From Octopus vulgaris (taxonomy: Eukaryota), in assembly GCA_951406725.2 (NCBI GenBank), contig OX597815.1:169384001-169448000 (forward strand): DNA of 64,000 bases, read 5' to 3'. The notes under the pieces are model-generated. The model worked only from the letters and a program-made list of their open reading frames with translations. It did not search any database and was not told where the DNA came from. How positions within the stretch are numbered: position 1 is the stretch's first letter; each line of letters begins with the position of its first letter. Positions 1 to 14,512 of the stretch are shown one piece after another. The translations under genes were made by a program, and so were the position numbers.

Positions 1-158
1 GCCGGTAGGATGGCATCATTCAAAAGCTAAAAATGATGCCAAAGCGCATTGTGACCAGCAGTGTATAACAATATCTGATAGCCTGATCACATGATTACGT
101 ATTATATACATACAAACATACATACATACATGCATGCATACATACATACATACATACA

Positions 159-194
<36 letters not shown>

Positions 195-285
195 CATTCA
201 TTTATGCATGCATACACACATAGATACATACATACACACATGCATGTATGCAAGCATGCATACATACATACATATTTGTATACAA

Positions 286-454
286 GGTGCAGGAGTAGCT
301 GTGTGGTAAGTAGCTTGCTTACCAACCACATGGTCATGGGTTCAGTCCCAGTGCGTGGCACCTTGGGCAAGTGTCTTCTACTATAGCCTCGAGCTGACCA
401 AAGCCTTATGAGTGGATTTGGTAGACGGAAGCCGGAAGAAGACCGTCGTATATG

Positions 455-485
<31 letters not shown>

Positions 486-695
486 CTGTGTTTGTCCCCC
501 CCAACATTGCTTGACAACTGATGCTGGTGTGTTTATTTCCCCGTAACTTAGTGGTTCAGCAAAAGCGACCGATAGAATAAGTACTAGGCTTACAAAGAAT
601 AAGCTCTGGGGGTCGATTTGCTCGAGTAAATGTGGTGCTCCAGCATGGCCACAGTCGAATGACTGAAACAAGTAAAAGAATAAAAAGAATAGAAA
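286..695 (+). mobile_element. tRNA-derived SINE family A with internal (TG)n. Copies at about 6880-7270(-), 17245-17340, 18170-18580, 38750-39165(-), 47100-47262(-), 50478-51110, 58003-58400, 59315-59735
   Basis: A box T(A/G)GCTGTGTGG, B box GGTTCAGTCC, ggcaccttgggcaagtgtc core, tail atgactgaaacaagtaaaagaat. Confidence 0.88.
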
Positions 696-899
696 GAATG
701 CATATATATGTATGTTCTCCTGCTTATCCAATTATCTGTCAGGCAATAGAAATCTAAATTTATGCTTTCCTGTTGCTCCTTTAGTTATATTTAATTTGTA
801 TTTTTATTTCTTGTGGAAGATACACTTTTCTTGGTTTCAATCAGAAAGAAGAAATTACCATGTAGCTTTTGAGCTTTGCTTCTCACCTATTTTTATGTA

Positions 900-1840
900 T
901 TGCTGTTACCAGTAATCAGGCCCAATCCTATGATATCTTTTCTGTTTTCCATTTAATGCATTATGCAACATATTATCTATGTGCTATCCTCTTGCATTCA
1001 GTGCTTCAATCCTGATGATATCTTATAGTAAGGGTTTTATGATTTTTCATTCTTTTTATTACCTCTTCCATTTCTTTTTTGTCATTTCTGCATGAGTATT
1101 CACATGAGATAGCCATCTGGGATTTTTGATATTTCTTCTGTGTTATATGGATGTTAAGTGTTAAGATGTTTAGAATAATTTTACCATAACTGAAAATCTT
1201 CAGCTGTGTTTGTATGTATATTATCTTCTTCATCTTTGATGACACTATGTTTCTCTTCTGCTTTGTCTCTCCATTTCATTGCCTGACATAAAAAGGCTTT
1301 GGCTATAACCGAATATAAGCCAGCTTCGAGCAGTTCTATTTCATCATGTAGAATTTTTGTTCATTTACATTTTGACTGGAAAGATGATGTCAGTCATAGG
1401 TAAAGATATCCAAAATAGTGCTGAGTAAAAAGGCACTGTAGAACAGTAAAAATTGTATCATTGTCATAGATGGCCAGATGGTAAAGTGATTTACAATGTG
1501 TATTTGGCGTTAGGAAGGGCATCCAGCCGTAGAAACACTGCCAGATCTGACTGGGCCTGACGAAGCCTTCCAGCTTCACAGACCCCAGTTGACCCGTCCA
1601 ACCCATGCTAGCATGGAAAGCGAATGCTAAACGATGATGATGATGATGATAAGTCTGAGATAAGGTTGCCTTCTACTTCCAACAGAATTTTATCATGAGG
1701 GAATTGAAAATCTTGGAGAAATATCTGGTAATTATTGACTTCCTTTCCATAAACATTAGATATGCTGGTGACATAGCCCTAATATTCATGATCTTTGGCA
1801 AATTCAAAATATCTATTAAACAGTTATAGGAACATAGGGT
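900..1840. mobile_element. Highly decayed LINE reverse-transcriptase fragments (900-1330 minus; 1690-1840 plus)
   Basis: KEMEEVIKRMKNHK on the minus strand; INIRYAGDIALI (YADD-like) at 1749-1785 on the plus strand. Confidence 0.55.
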
Positions 1841-4240
1841 TAGGGTTTCTATGCAGTGTTGTACCCAAAGGCAAAGAAAACATAGAAATACAGTGTTGTA
1901 CTCAAAGGCAAAGAAAATATGGAAAGACAGGTCTCACTGGCATCTAAGGTGCTTGAAAGTCCAAGAAACACGGTTTAAAACAAGCTGGATATCAATCATT
2001 GATTCTAAGTTAAACTGTGCAGTGACACTGTTTTCTGAATTGCAATCTACCTGCCTGAAATGTAGACCCTAAAATTTTGATGATTTTTAACTGATACAGA
2101 GAGAGAAATAATAAGAGAGAAGAGAAAGAAAAGAATCATTTGTGTAGTAACTATGAAGTATTTGCTCTTTGTTAAGACATACTAAGCACTGGATTAGGAA
2201 TTTGGCCAACTAAGAAGGGAACATTTCAGATTTATGAAGGCACAAGTTTACTGCCTGTAGCAGCAGAAAGTAAAATAGTAAATTGAAGACTGATAGTGAG
2301 ACTGTTGGTGGCAGTAGAAAGCAAGGGTCGAGAGATCTCACACACTCACATAGATATTTATAATCTCTGAGAAGGTCTAGAGATATATACAAGTGCCTCA
2401 TTTTCATCTGCCTATTACCTCAATCCACTTGAGTAATATAGGCAGAATGAGGTACTTTTATCTATAGGCTGAAACAGCTGTAAGTTATTTTACCAATTTA
2501 TATTCAAGATTTTTAATAATTACTGGTATCCTTATCTTATATGCAAAGAATAATATGCTATATGTATGTATGTTATTATAATTATCAGTTTAATAAATAA
2601 ATAAGTTAACATTTTTGGTGTCCAAAAGTTGATGAACCACCTATTGTTCTCCTTCATTTTCTTATTTGCAATATATATACCTAGATATAGATATACATAC
2701 ACATACATGTGTGTGTGCATGTATTCAAGGCATATCAGTGACTGCCAGTTTCACCAACTTAGTTATATGTGTAATTTGTTATACTACCAATATTCTGTAA
2801 CTGATGTATATCATCAGGCCATAATTCTATGCGAATAAAATAAACATTAGACCAGTTGAGTCATGCGTTAAGTACTTTTTTCAGTGGAGGAGAAAAATTC
2901 ATTCACTTTAACATAATGATTATTTTCCTTGAGCTAGGTAAGTTTGAAACTTTGGAAATATAAGGAAGACAAAAACTTGTTCACAACAGAGTTAATCATA
3001 GGGGTGCAACATGCATTAATAACATATACACGCACACATATATCTACACAGAGGCAAAGAGCATTTGGTCTATTTGAGCATGTCAGCATAGGACTGTCAA
3101 CTCAAGTCCAAAGAACAGAAAATAGATTTTTACATAAAGAAAAAGTGTAACGTATAATTTTTGGCAAAAGCAATTTGCATAATTGAAAATAAAAAGAGAT
3201 AAGCAAAATTACTCAAAGAATTTCATTGTATGAATTCAGATAATTAAATAAAAGGGGAAGATTGCTAGCTATCCCTTGCCTGTAAACAGAGATCAGACAA
3301 CCCATCCCATGGTTATCTAAATAATTTACTAAAAATGTATTCAAAAGTCTTTTTGATTATCTCCCCTGATACAGTAGCAGGTGACAACTGATGATCTCAA
3401 GATATGAATAAATGAGTCCACGAGAAGAATGCCAACCTGCTATATTTAGAAGCAGTGAAAACCTTTTACAACAAAGCTAAACATTCAAATAAGAAGTCTT
3501 TTTTCTCATTCATTCTCAGTCAAACTGTTAATGCAAGTAACTAAGAAGGCAATGAAATATATCAAATACTCTTTTCTTTCATTTGTACAGGCACATGTGT
3601 TTATGTATATGTATATAAACATATTTATACATGTGTGTATATATACATATCTGCACACACACACACACACACACAATACATATATATATTATTTATTTAT
3701 TATCACTCCGCCGGTTACGACGACGAGGGTCCCAGCTGATACAATCAACGGAACAGCTTGCTCGTGAAATTAACGTGCAAATGGCTGAGCATTCCACAGA
3801 CACGTGTACCCTTAACGTAGTTCTCGGGGATAATCAGCGTGACACAGAGAGTGACAAGGCTGACCCTTTGAAATACAAGTACAACTCATTTTTGCCAGCT
3901 GAGTGGACTGGAGCAACGTGAAATAAAGTGTCTTGCTCAAGGACACAACGCGTCGCCGGGAATCGAACTCACAACCTTACGATCATGAGCCGAATGCCCT
4001 AACCACTAAGCCACGCGCCCTCACACATATATATATAAATTAATATAAACAGCTAGGCACAATATAATACCATAAAGGAAAAATTGAATCATCACTAATT
4101 GTGACTGAAAGTACTGAAGCACTTATATTGCAAGAATTAGGAATTAAAAATGCTTAATGCTATGAAAAGCATGCAATATATCTCTGACAGGGGAGATAAC
4201 CTTCCTGCAGTCAAATGACTGAAACAAACAACAGAATAAA

Positions 4241-4301
<61 letters not shown>

Positions 4302-4302
<1 letters not shown>

Positions 4303-4698
4303 TAGCAGTATCGCCCGGCGTTGCTTGCGTTTGTAAGGGGAAATAACTATATAAGCATTTTTAGAGAGTTATAGCCAAAAATAGCAAAAAAATGCATTAA
4401 AAATGGAAAAAAAATGATGGTAATTTTTTTTTAAATCGTTGACTCATCGTAGACATTTTTAGAGAGTTACTTCCCTTATATAATAGCGAAAAATGCATTA
4501 AAATGGAAAAAAATGATGGTAAATTTCTTTTTAAAATCGTAGACTCATCGTAGACGCGCGCTAATACCCAGAAGGGCTCGATATGAATCACGACTATAAG
4601 ATACCCGGTTTTGGTTAAACTGCACCGCAAAATGTGGGAGTAGTTAGGAATCTAAGTCGTAGGAGACAGACACACAACCTCTCTTTTATATATAAAGA
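4302..4698 (-). mobile_element. Non-autonomous Helitron in (AT)n
   Basis: Minus strand begins TC and ends with a GC-rich hairpin-like motif then CTAG; inserted between A and T. Confidence 0.75.
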
Positions 4699-6487
4699 TA
4701 TATATATATGTAATTTTCCATGCTTCCATAAATGAGATGGGATTCATTGAGGCAGATTTTTTTCTATGGCTTGATGCCCTTATTGTCATCAACTCTCACT
4801 TGTTTCCCAGCTAGGTAATATTTTCCCCATTTCCCCATGGTCAGGCACTTTCAAGGAATGCTTGAGGTTAAGCTGCCTGTATGATGGGACTCACATTTAT
4901 ATCTGTTGTGTGATGTCAAGACAAAGATGCACACACCACACACACACACATATTTAAATATGTATATTTATATATATAACAATTTAGCTAGGTGTAAAAT
5001 CCACCTAAGGGATATTAAATATTGAAGCATCATTACATATTTAAACAGATTTGATTATTCTTGAAAAACTTTGTTTTATTAATGAAGGGGAAACAGCTGT
5101 AATTTATGAGATGTGTCATTTGTTTGTATAAAATATTTAAACTGAATTGAGTCTATAATTGTTCAATTTATTATTTTGTTTTCCATTCCTTATTATATGT
5201 ATATATACACACACACACACACACGCATGCGCACACACATACCTATATATATATATACATATGTGTGTGTGTGTGTGTGTGTGTGTGATATGCTCCTTTC
5301 AGTCTACAAAATTTAATTATTAGGCTTTGGTGTTAGCTCAGGAGTATAGTAAACCCGTTTAAGTATGTAATGATGCTTCAATATTTAAAATCCCTTAGGT
5401 GAATTTTACACCTAGCTAAATTGTTATATACATATACATAGTGCTATACAGTGGGACTGAACTTGATGTCATATGTTTGAGAAGTGAACTTCTTTACCAC
5501 ATTGCCAAATGCAATTCTCAAACCTATCAAACCATCCAACCATGCCATCATGGAAGGTGGACATTAAAAGATGATGACGATGACAATGATGATGATGATG
5601 ATGATGATGATAATGATACAGCATGTTCACACATGCACACATGTACACACATGTACATATGCATGTATACACATGTACACATGCACACATGTATACACAC
5701 ACACACATACATGCACTCCCTCCACACATGATGTTTAAGTACTCACTCATGTTAAAGGCTACTTTAATTAAAATAGTAGGCTATCAGAACCAACTTTCTA
5801 GAGAATTGTGTTAAACAGCTGGATAAACTTGTGCCAATATTTTTTTCTTCATTTACATATATTAACAGTTTAGATCATTATCATCGTTTAATGTCCGTTT
5901 TCCATGCTGACATGGGTTGGACGGTTCGACTGGGCTCTGGGAAGTCAGGAGACTGCCTCGGGCTTCAGTCTGATCTGGTAGTGTTTCTACAGCTGGATGC
6001 CCTTCCTAACACTAACCACTCCAAGAGTGTAGTGAGTGCTTTTTACATGCCACCAGCACAGGTATAAGAGGCGGCTGGCAACCTACCACGATTGGTTGGT
6101 GCTGTTTATGTGCCACCAGCACAGAAGCCAGTCAAGGCAGCACTGGCATCAGCCATGTTCGGATGGTGCTTTTTATGTGCCACTGGCACCGGGATCACAC
6201 CTACAATTTCCATTTGATTTTGATTTTGATGTACCTGACTCAATAGGTCTCCTCAAAAAAATATGAAACCATTATTCTATGCTAATTTAGTTAATTGTAA
6301 GATAGAAATTTAAATGTAATAAAATGTTATAAAAGAAATTTAAAGTACCTACATGATAACTGTAAACCTACTTTTAGGCCAAACCTGTACCTTGCATTTG
6401 TGAGTACTCATGCATTTAAGGTCTGTGATACTGAAATCTTTGTCTCTAATAAGTAAACTGTTTAAAATGAATCACTTGAATACTAAT

Positions 6488-6714
6488 TTAACCCTTTAGC
6501 ATTAAAACTGGCCATATCCAGCCTAAATATTCAACCAGTGTTATGTTAAAACTGGCCAGATTCGAACTCTCACACCTATCCGAATATATCTTTCTAAAAC
6601 TAAGCAATCACATCATGAAAATGTCTTAGCTACAAGATAATGCATGATTAATTCAAAGCAATGTGAATAAATAATAATTACATTTGACAGAATAACCCAT
6701 ATGTTAAAGGTTTA
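6488..6714. mobile_element. piggyBac-like MITE family (TTAA-CCCTTTAGCATT ends). Other copies at about 12727-12960, 17587-18022 (tandem), 21440-21630, 49043-50423 (split), 55696-55924, 60762-60981
   Basis: TTAA + CCCTTT termini and a shared ~225-bp body. Confidence 0.8.
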
Positions 6715-7289
6715 AAACCCTTTTTAACAAGTATCCACAGTATGATTTTTAGTTTCACTTTGTACATGATGCTTGGAAAATAATGAAGCTTTTCTCTACT
6801 CTTCTGCTTTTTGACTTATAATAAGCCTGAAGATAGCTAAGGCGGTGTTCATATTTGCTTCAAAAGAGGCCTGTCTTTAATCCTTTGCTTGTTTCAGTCA
6901 TTAGACTGTGATCATGCTGGAGCACCACCTTGAAGGAATTTTAGTCAAATGAATTAACCCTAGTACTTATTTTTATTAAGTAGTTATTTTGTTGCTTAGT
7001 TAAGGAATGTGAACAAACCAACACTGGTTGTCAAGTGGTGGTGGGGGACAAAGACGATCACAAATACACACACACACACACACATACACATGTACGCACG
7101 CATACACGCACACACACACACACACACACACAAACTGCTTCTTTCAATTTTCATCTACCAAATCCACTCACAAGGCCTTAGGCAGCCCTGGCTGTAGTAG
7201 GAGTTGCTGTACAGTGGGACTGAACCCAAAACTATATGGTTGGGATGCAACCTTTTCATTACACAACTATATAAAATTTTGGTTGTTCT

Positions 7290-7750
7290 GTCACCAAGGA
7301 TGGATCCCCAGATTTCAAAATCAGTTTACAGATTGAAAAGGTTTCAATTACATTTGGGATGCTAAAGAACCGAGTCTGGTTAGACAGGGCTTGAAACTGC
7401 TCAACAAACTTTGCACCTATCATGTTTGCATCATCACATTCCCATTAATACTGAGGCCATGTCTTATCTGAGACACATTCTCACGTCAACAAGACATCAA
7501 AATACTCAAAAGACTTCACTTGTAGTGTCTAAGGCATCAGTTGAAAATCTAGTAGACTTGACACAAAAATACCAACAAAGATGAGCTGTCTCAGTATGGA
7601 TGGTCACTTCATCAATATATGTGATGGGTTGGTCATGTTATCTATGATGATGATCTCAGGATTCTGAGGCAATTATTTTACAGATAATTAGTTCTGGATA
7701 AGCATCCCAGTACTGCTCACTGGCAATATCTTATCTTCTACTGAATGGAA
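7290..7750 (+). mobile_element. Decayed RTE-like LINE fragment
   Basis: Degenerate RTE C-terminal-like motifs (FHL.CLR, WVGHV). Confidence 0.5.
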
Positions 7751-7959
7751 GTAAATGGGGGTGTGTAATGAGGAATAATAGCCTGCAGTTTAAAAAAATT
7801 TGAATTGCCCATCAAATAGCAAAATGGAATGCTCCAAAACTGCAAACTGTTATGTTCTGTATGGTCGAGGGTCTAAATAATTTCATCTGAAGTTGCTTTA
7901 CACTTTCAAGAGTAGTCAGATTTGTCAATTATGAAATGTCATATAATGGGAGACCAACT

Positions 7960-8305
7960 AGGGTAAAGGTAAAGGCACCCTTTGGTCATGAATGACCATG
8001 GGATTGCACCTAGAAAGTTATCCTCTGAGGCACAAATCTGGGCAAGTTTGCTTATGGCAGACCAGCAGTTGCCTATGCATATCAACTTCTCCTCTCCATG
8101 CCACTAATGTAATCCAAGGGAAAGGTAAAGGCCAATACAGCTTGGCACCAGTGATGTTGCAACTCATTTCTACAGCTGAGTGAACTAGAGCAATGTGGAA
8201 TAAAGTGTCTTGCTCAAGAACACAACACAGCTCAGTCTGGGAATTGAACTCACAACCTCACGATTGTGAGCCCAATGCTCTAACCACTGAGCCATGTGCC
8301 TTCAC
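7960..8305 (-). mobile_element. SINE family C (tRNA head + gctccagttcactcagctg domain, variable tails). Copies at about 3704-4025(-), 23810-24150(-), 49115-49387, 54100-54345(-), 59990-60310(-), 60517-60750(-), 61880-62095(-)
   Basis: A/B boxes and a shared ttgagcaagacactttatttcac central domain. Confidence 0.82.
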
Positions 8306-9926
8306 TGGGAGACCAACAAAGGTGCTTGTATCCATACAGTGCAACAGTCCAAGTGGAGCACTGCAGTCTTTTATATTTAAAAGCTGAACTGAAAACCCAT
8401 GTTTGGATTATTGCAACGGATATGATTTTTGACAAAATTATTGGTAAAATTCATCAAAAAGTTTTTTTAAAAATCAGGGCTAGGTTGTCATCTGAGGGTC
8501 ATTTGTAGAAATGCTACCAAGCTTGTTAGAGGTATATTTTTAATGAGAAAGTTGTTATATTCAAAAGAACTGAGTTGACAATATATGGTCAACAATAATA
8601 TCACACACACACATACACACACACACACACACTAACATACATACATCTTCAGTAAGTCATATATCCGAAAGAGAAGCACACTCTAAGTTATAGAGCAGTA
8701 GAGTAATTAAATAAAGATAGTTGCAGCTGGTTTATGGAGTTACTCTCGGTTTCACATTCATAAAGTGCTTAAAGAGGTTAAAGGCCACTGGCCATTAGGG
8801 TCTGAAGAAATGTCATAAATTAAGCAGAAAATGGAGGAATCTTGACAACAACAATTGGCTACCATCGATTATTATTTTTTAATACAAAACTTTATCCCAT
8901 TAATAATCGATGGTAGTCAATTATTGTTGATCATGATTTATCCATTTTCTGCTTAATTTAAATTTGATTCCTGATAAACACTTTATTATCTTTGTTATTG
9001 CCTGAATCCTATGAGTGTAATATGCTTGGATATGTATGTCCAGTGTTAACATAGGTAATTTATACCGGTAGTAAAACGGATATTCTTATCCCTTAGACAG
9101 TTATTCCAGCTGCTAACTCTACTAACCTTATGTATGTATGTATGTATGTATGTATGTATGTATGTATGTATGTATGTATGTATGTATGTATGTGTGTATG
9201 TATGTGTATGTATGTATGTGTGTATGTATGTATGTGTGTATGTATGTATGTATGTATGTATGTATGTATGTATATATATATGTAGGGAGCTTGAAGCAGC
9301 CTTGCTGCTTGCTGGATCTTTTCAACCAACCCATATCAACATGGAAAACAGACATTAATTCATGACGATGATGATGACTATCAGGAAGAGAATGACATAT
9401 ACACACACACACAAACACATGCGTGTGCACATACGTTTTCCTCCTCCTCTTCATCATCATCATCAAAAGTTTTATATGTCTCTGCATGCTGCTATGGGTT
9501 GGGTAGGACTTTTATACAATGGCCCACCTTTTTTGTCATTTATCATTTTTATTTGACTATGCAACTCCTTCCAAACCATCTTTTGGGTTGCTTTTAATAC
9601 CAGTCACCTCTGTCTGTAATATACAATCCTTTTTCATCCACCACTCTTTGTTGAAAGTGAAAAATGTGCTGGATATTGAAAATATGTCAACTATTTAATT
9701 TTTCAGAATGTATCAATAACATTCTTTTCCTTATACAAGTCCAATGTAGTTAATAAGTTTGTCTGCAGATTTCATAATGTTTAGTTGTTTTTAAAATTTT
9801 TGCTATTAGAAATCAATTTTTTCAAACTTGAAATCTTTTGATCTGATATCTGCTATATGTGCAGGAAATTATAATTGAATAGAGTTAAAAAAAAAAGATA
9901 AAGAACCAAAATTCTTTTGTCATAAA

Positions 9927-9976
<50 letters not shown>

Positions 9977-11256
9977 GACAAAACGAATGAAAAAAAAAAG
10001 CGTTAATCTACAAGGGAGGTAACTCAGTAAAATTTTTGTTCATCACAAGCCTACCAATTTAGTAGCAATCTAATATCCCTTACAGCTACAATCAAACTGT
10101 TCAAAAATAACCAGAAGGAAATAGAGACATGTTGAGTGAGAATGAGGACATGTTTCATGTAGCTAATAAGTATGAGAACATGTTTTTTTTTGTTTTTTTT
10201 TACAGTGAATAACAGTGACCTTATGATGAATGAGAATGCAGAAAGTGAGGGCGAAAACCCATTTAAGTGAGCAGATGAAAGCAGAGATATATATATATAT
10301 ATATATCTTATATGGAATTATATCGAGAACAGAAATGAGAATAATATAAAAAGCAGAAGTTTGTTATTGTAAGTAAATGATAACAATAAGAAATGTTGCT
10401 CCTTATAAATGAGAATAGAGGAAACACACATCAAACTGAATGAAACCTTTTAATGGACATAGAGAAGCACAAAGAAATATTGGCAGAGTACAACAATGAA
10501 AAAAATATTGTGGATATCACAATGAAGCATAGCCTATAGCCTGTGACTTGTAGTGAACAATGACAACAGCAACGTTAAAGTGTAAAAATGTGTGCAGCTG
10601 ATCTCTAGGAATGAACGACAACATTGTATTAACACATGTGAGAGATGATTTGTAGTGAGTTTTATAACCACTTCAACAACAACGACAACAATAACAGCAA
10701 CAACAACAAAGGAAGCAGAGATGTAACCACTTTCTTGAAGTGAAAAGAGTAAACAAAGCCAGCATACCCAATCAAAAGACATAAGATTTATTTTTCTCCC
10801 AGTAAACTGAACTTATAAGAATAAACTTTAATTTTATCATTATTTTACCTTTGACAATTCCCAGCTTGTGACCACTTCATTTAAAATGGACACTAAACTG
10901 CCTTGTTTTTCCTTCAGTTCAATTTTTGTTTTTGTCTCTAATACTTATTACAGAATTAGAGGATATTGTAATGTTCTGTTGGCCAGTAATGCTCTACACA
11001 AGTTCATTGCTAATCTTTAATCTAGAGTTGTTTGCAGATTTAAGATTTTTCTTTCCCTTTCTTATATAAGGCCACCAACTTCAACCTGAGACCACACGTA
11101 CTTTCTTTCCGATTTCCCTGAGTTGTTCATGAAGGTTTTGCTGTTCATTTGGTTCTTATATTTCGTGTTAAAATTAATGTCTTTATTTTTATTTTCTTTT
11201 AAAAACATTCTTCTTGATTTTTTTTTTTTTGAAATAATTATTGGTGAACTGAGTTA

Positions 11257-11373
11257 TTAATTTTTAAAGACTGGGTCGTTGCCGACATCACTCGGACAAG
11301 ATGATGATGGAGCTTGTGATTCTACCTCCACAAGGAATGTTGGTGTGATTTTCCAAATAGATTCTGATTGAAC
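11257..11373 (-). CDS. GARNL3: Probable terminal GARNL3 exon (VQSESIWKITPTFLVEVESQAPSSSCPSDVGNDPVFKN*)
   Basis: Long polypyrimidine tract and AAG acceptor. Open in phase 0, matching the donor at 25700, and followed by repeat-poor sequence resembling a 3' UTR. No recognisable homology. Confidence 0.5.
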   Translation of the reverse strand, partial: VQSESIWKITPTFLVEVESQAPSSSCPSDVGNDPVFKN

Positions 11374-14300
11374 CTTTTAAAAAAATAAACAAATAAATAA
11401 GGGAAGAAATGGAAAAAGAAAATAAGAGGAAAACTTTAGAAGGAGGATGAAGAATTGAAAAGTTTGTAGAGTTCCTACTGAGAATTTGTGAGTGTGGAAG
11501 AGTTAAGTGTTAAGTTTAATTTAGGAATCATTGTTAAGTAGGGTTATTTGTGTGAATATATCAGATTATTGCAAACTAGAGGTTTGTCACTTATCATCAT
11601 TAATGTCTCTGCATATTTGTCAGTGTTTATTAGGAGACATATTCTTCTGATATTTCAGTATATATTAATATAGAGTTGCTACTTTTATTCAATAATTCTG
11701 CTCTTAATTTACAATTTCAATGATTGTTTGTGAAACATATAAATTATACTTATTCACAAGTGCATTATGGGTAACCTACTTTTGATGGAAAAAGTTGCAA
11801 CAGTGTTCATATTTAGTTAATAAAATTTTATCAAATATTAATTCAATTTATTTTAGAATATTTATTACACAGGTAAATGGAGAAAACACTTAAATAAAAT
11901 TCTTTAGCTAGGGTTAGAATATTTTGACAGAGATGAATAAAAGCAGTCAGAATTTGAAAATTATTTCTCATAATTACATGAGGAATATTAGTTTACATTG
12001 TTCAAAGATAATTTAAATAATTGTTACTAACATATTGGGAAGTGTATATGAAAGACTGTATACACACAAACAAACATACACATAAAATGTATAAAGTGTT
12101 TAGCGTAGCAAACAGATGGTAAGAGGAAAGCAGGAGAAAATAATATGAAGTGACAAAGGCATTTATTTATAATTAAAAAATTAATTAAAAAAAAAAAGCT
12201 GGCAAGTGCCATTATTAGTAGTAATTGATGGTTAATTAAACATGGTTAGTAGCAGCAATCAAGATATTTAATGAGATTGTGACTATGTCAATAACTTTTA
12301 AGAAGCTTTAAAAATTGATCAATTTAATCCATTTGACTCCAAACTGCATGCGGTAACCCATGGTTCTTTGATATAATCTTCCTGTTTTAAAGTGAGGTGA
12401 ATAAAATTCTTCCATTAAAATTTTATGTTATTTTATGTTCTAAACACCAATTTAATAATGACAAAGCTATTTTACTAAATTCCTATCATTTTGATAATTA
12501 ATCCAGACAAAAGATGTGCATTTCAATGGAAATATAGTAAAAAAAAAAAGGGTTAAGAAACCAAATTCTGTTTCAGGGGCCTTTCTGTTAATTGAACCCT
12601 TAAATATTGAAAAAGATGATGCATTATACCTAGGGATAGCATGGAAGATGTTAAGTAGCACTTGAAGAGGTCCTGAACAGGGCATATCAATGCAGTACTG
12701 AGCAGCCAGACAAAATGCACAGTCCTCAACCTTTTAGGATGTAAACTGGCTATATCCGGCCAAAATAATCTACCTGTTCTACCTGTTTTATTTTGAAACT
12801 GGTTAGATGTGGCCTCTCACACTTACTCTACAACGTTATTCCAAAAATAAACAATCACATCACTGAAATCTCAAAGCTACAAAATAATGCGTGGCCAATT
12901 CATATCGATCTGGATAAATGAATAAGCATTACATTTGACAGAGTAATCTGAATGCTAAAGAAAAAAAAATTGGTCAAAACACCAATGAGGTTTGCTTTAC
13001 AGCTGTTGGTTCTCAAGTGTTGGCGATGAGGGACTTTTCTGTTGATACCTTATCAAATCACCACCACCACCATTTAACGTCTATTTTCCATGCTGGCATG
13101 GGTTGGACAGTGTGATAGGAGCTGACTAGCTGAAAGGCAGTTCAGGCTCCCTGTCTGTTTTGGCATGGTTTCTATGGCTGGATGGCCTTCCTAACACCAA
13201 CCATTTTACAGAATGTATAGGTGGCGAGCTGGCAGAAATGTTAGCATGCTGGGTGCAATGCTTAGCAGTATCTTGTCTGCTGTTACATTCAGAGTTCAAA
13301 TTCCGCAGAGGTCAACTTTGCCTTTCATCCTTTCAGGGTCGATAAATTAAGTACCAATTATGCACTGGGGTCGATGTAATCGACTTAATCTCTTTGTCAT
13401 CCTTGTTTGTCTCCTCTATGTTTAGCCCTTTGTGGGTAATAAATAAATAAAAACGTACTGGGTGCTTTTATGCAGCACTGGTATGGGTGCTTTTTACAAG
13501 GCACCAATGCTAACGAGCCCAAATGATTAGAGATGCTCAACTGGAGAGTGTTGCAAGGAAGGAGTCTGGATGCAAGGGCAACAATGCTTTTACTTAGCTT
13601 GACATGTCTTTTCAACCACAGCCAACTGCCACTAGTCTCAGTCCCCTGTGACTCCCAGCGTTTGTAGATCCTCTCTCACTACTTTGTCCCATTCTTTACT
13701 TTGAAACCATATTTTAAAACATATATTACTGTAAATCATTTTTAATGTAGGTTACACACTGGATGAAAAAAGAAAAATTGAGGTCTGACCATGGAACTTG
13801 AACCCACATCTTCTGATAATATGATAGATGTGCCACCATTTTTACAGATGTAGGCTCAAGTCCTATAGGTAGCAGCTTTTGACTTTTTCCATCCATGGGG
13901 TCTCTAATGCCACATTCTACACACTACTTTCTGTAGCTCTATAAACTCTGAGTTGCACTGTTAAAAATTACATATATCATATCTCTTAAATTTTCTAAGT
14001 TCTTATGACACAAACAATATGTTGTAATTTAATAGGGTCATATTAGCTCTTTATTTTATCTTATTGTATCTACTCCCCTATCTGAAGTGAAGAACTAAAA
14101 AAAAAAATCTCATAGCAAACAAAAACTATTAAACCCTCAGATTACATGACAACAATCCTCACCATAAAGTTCTTTATCTCTTTCTCTGTGTCTCTTTTCA
14201 CTCTAACATAAAACTTACTCACCGAAAATTTTCAGCAGTGCATATATATATTTAGTGAATGAACAATGTATAAGAAAATGAGATAATGTAGTTATATTGA

Positions 14301-14445
14301 AAGAAGGTGAAAATAAATTATGATGAGATGATAATATGTAGAAAAAATTGTTATAGTAAAGTTAGTTTGAGTTAATTAGGCTAAGTCAGAGAAAGTTGCA
14401 GACTATTATTTTTAATTTTTACTCTTGTTGATGTTGTTATTGTTG

Positions 14446-14512
<67 letters not shown>

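Noticed and set aside
3950-4022. tRNA gene candidates at A/B-box motifs
   Set aside because: All are SINE heads continuing into SINE bodies, with no complete cloverleaf.
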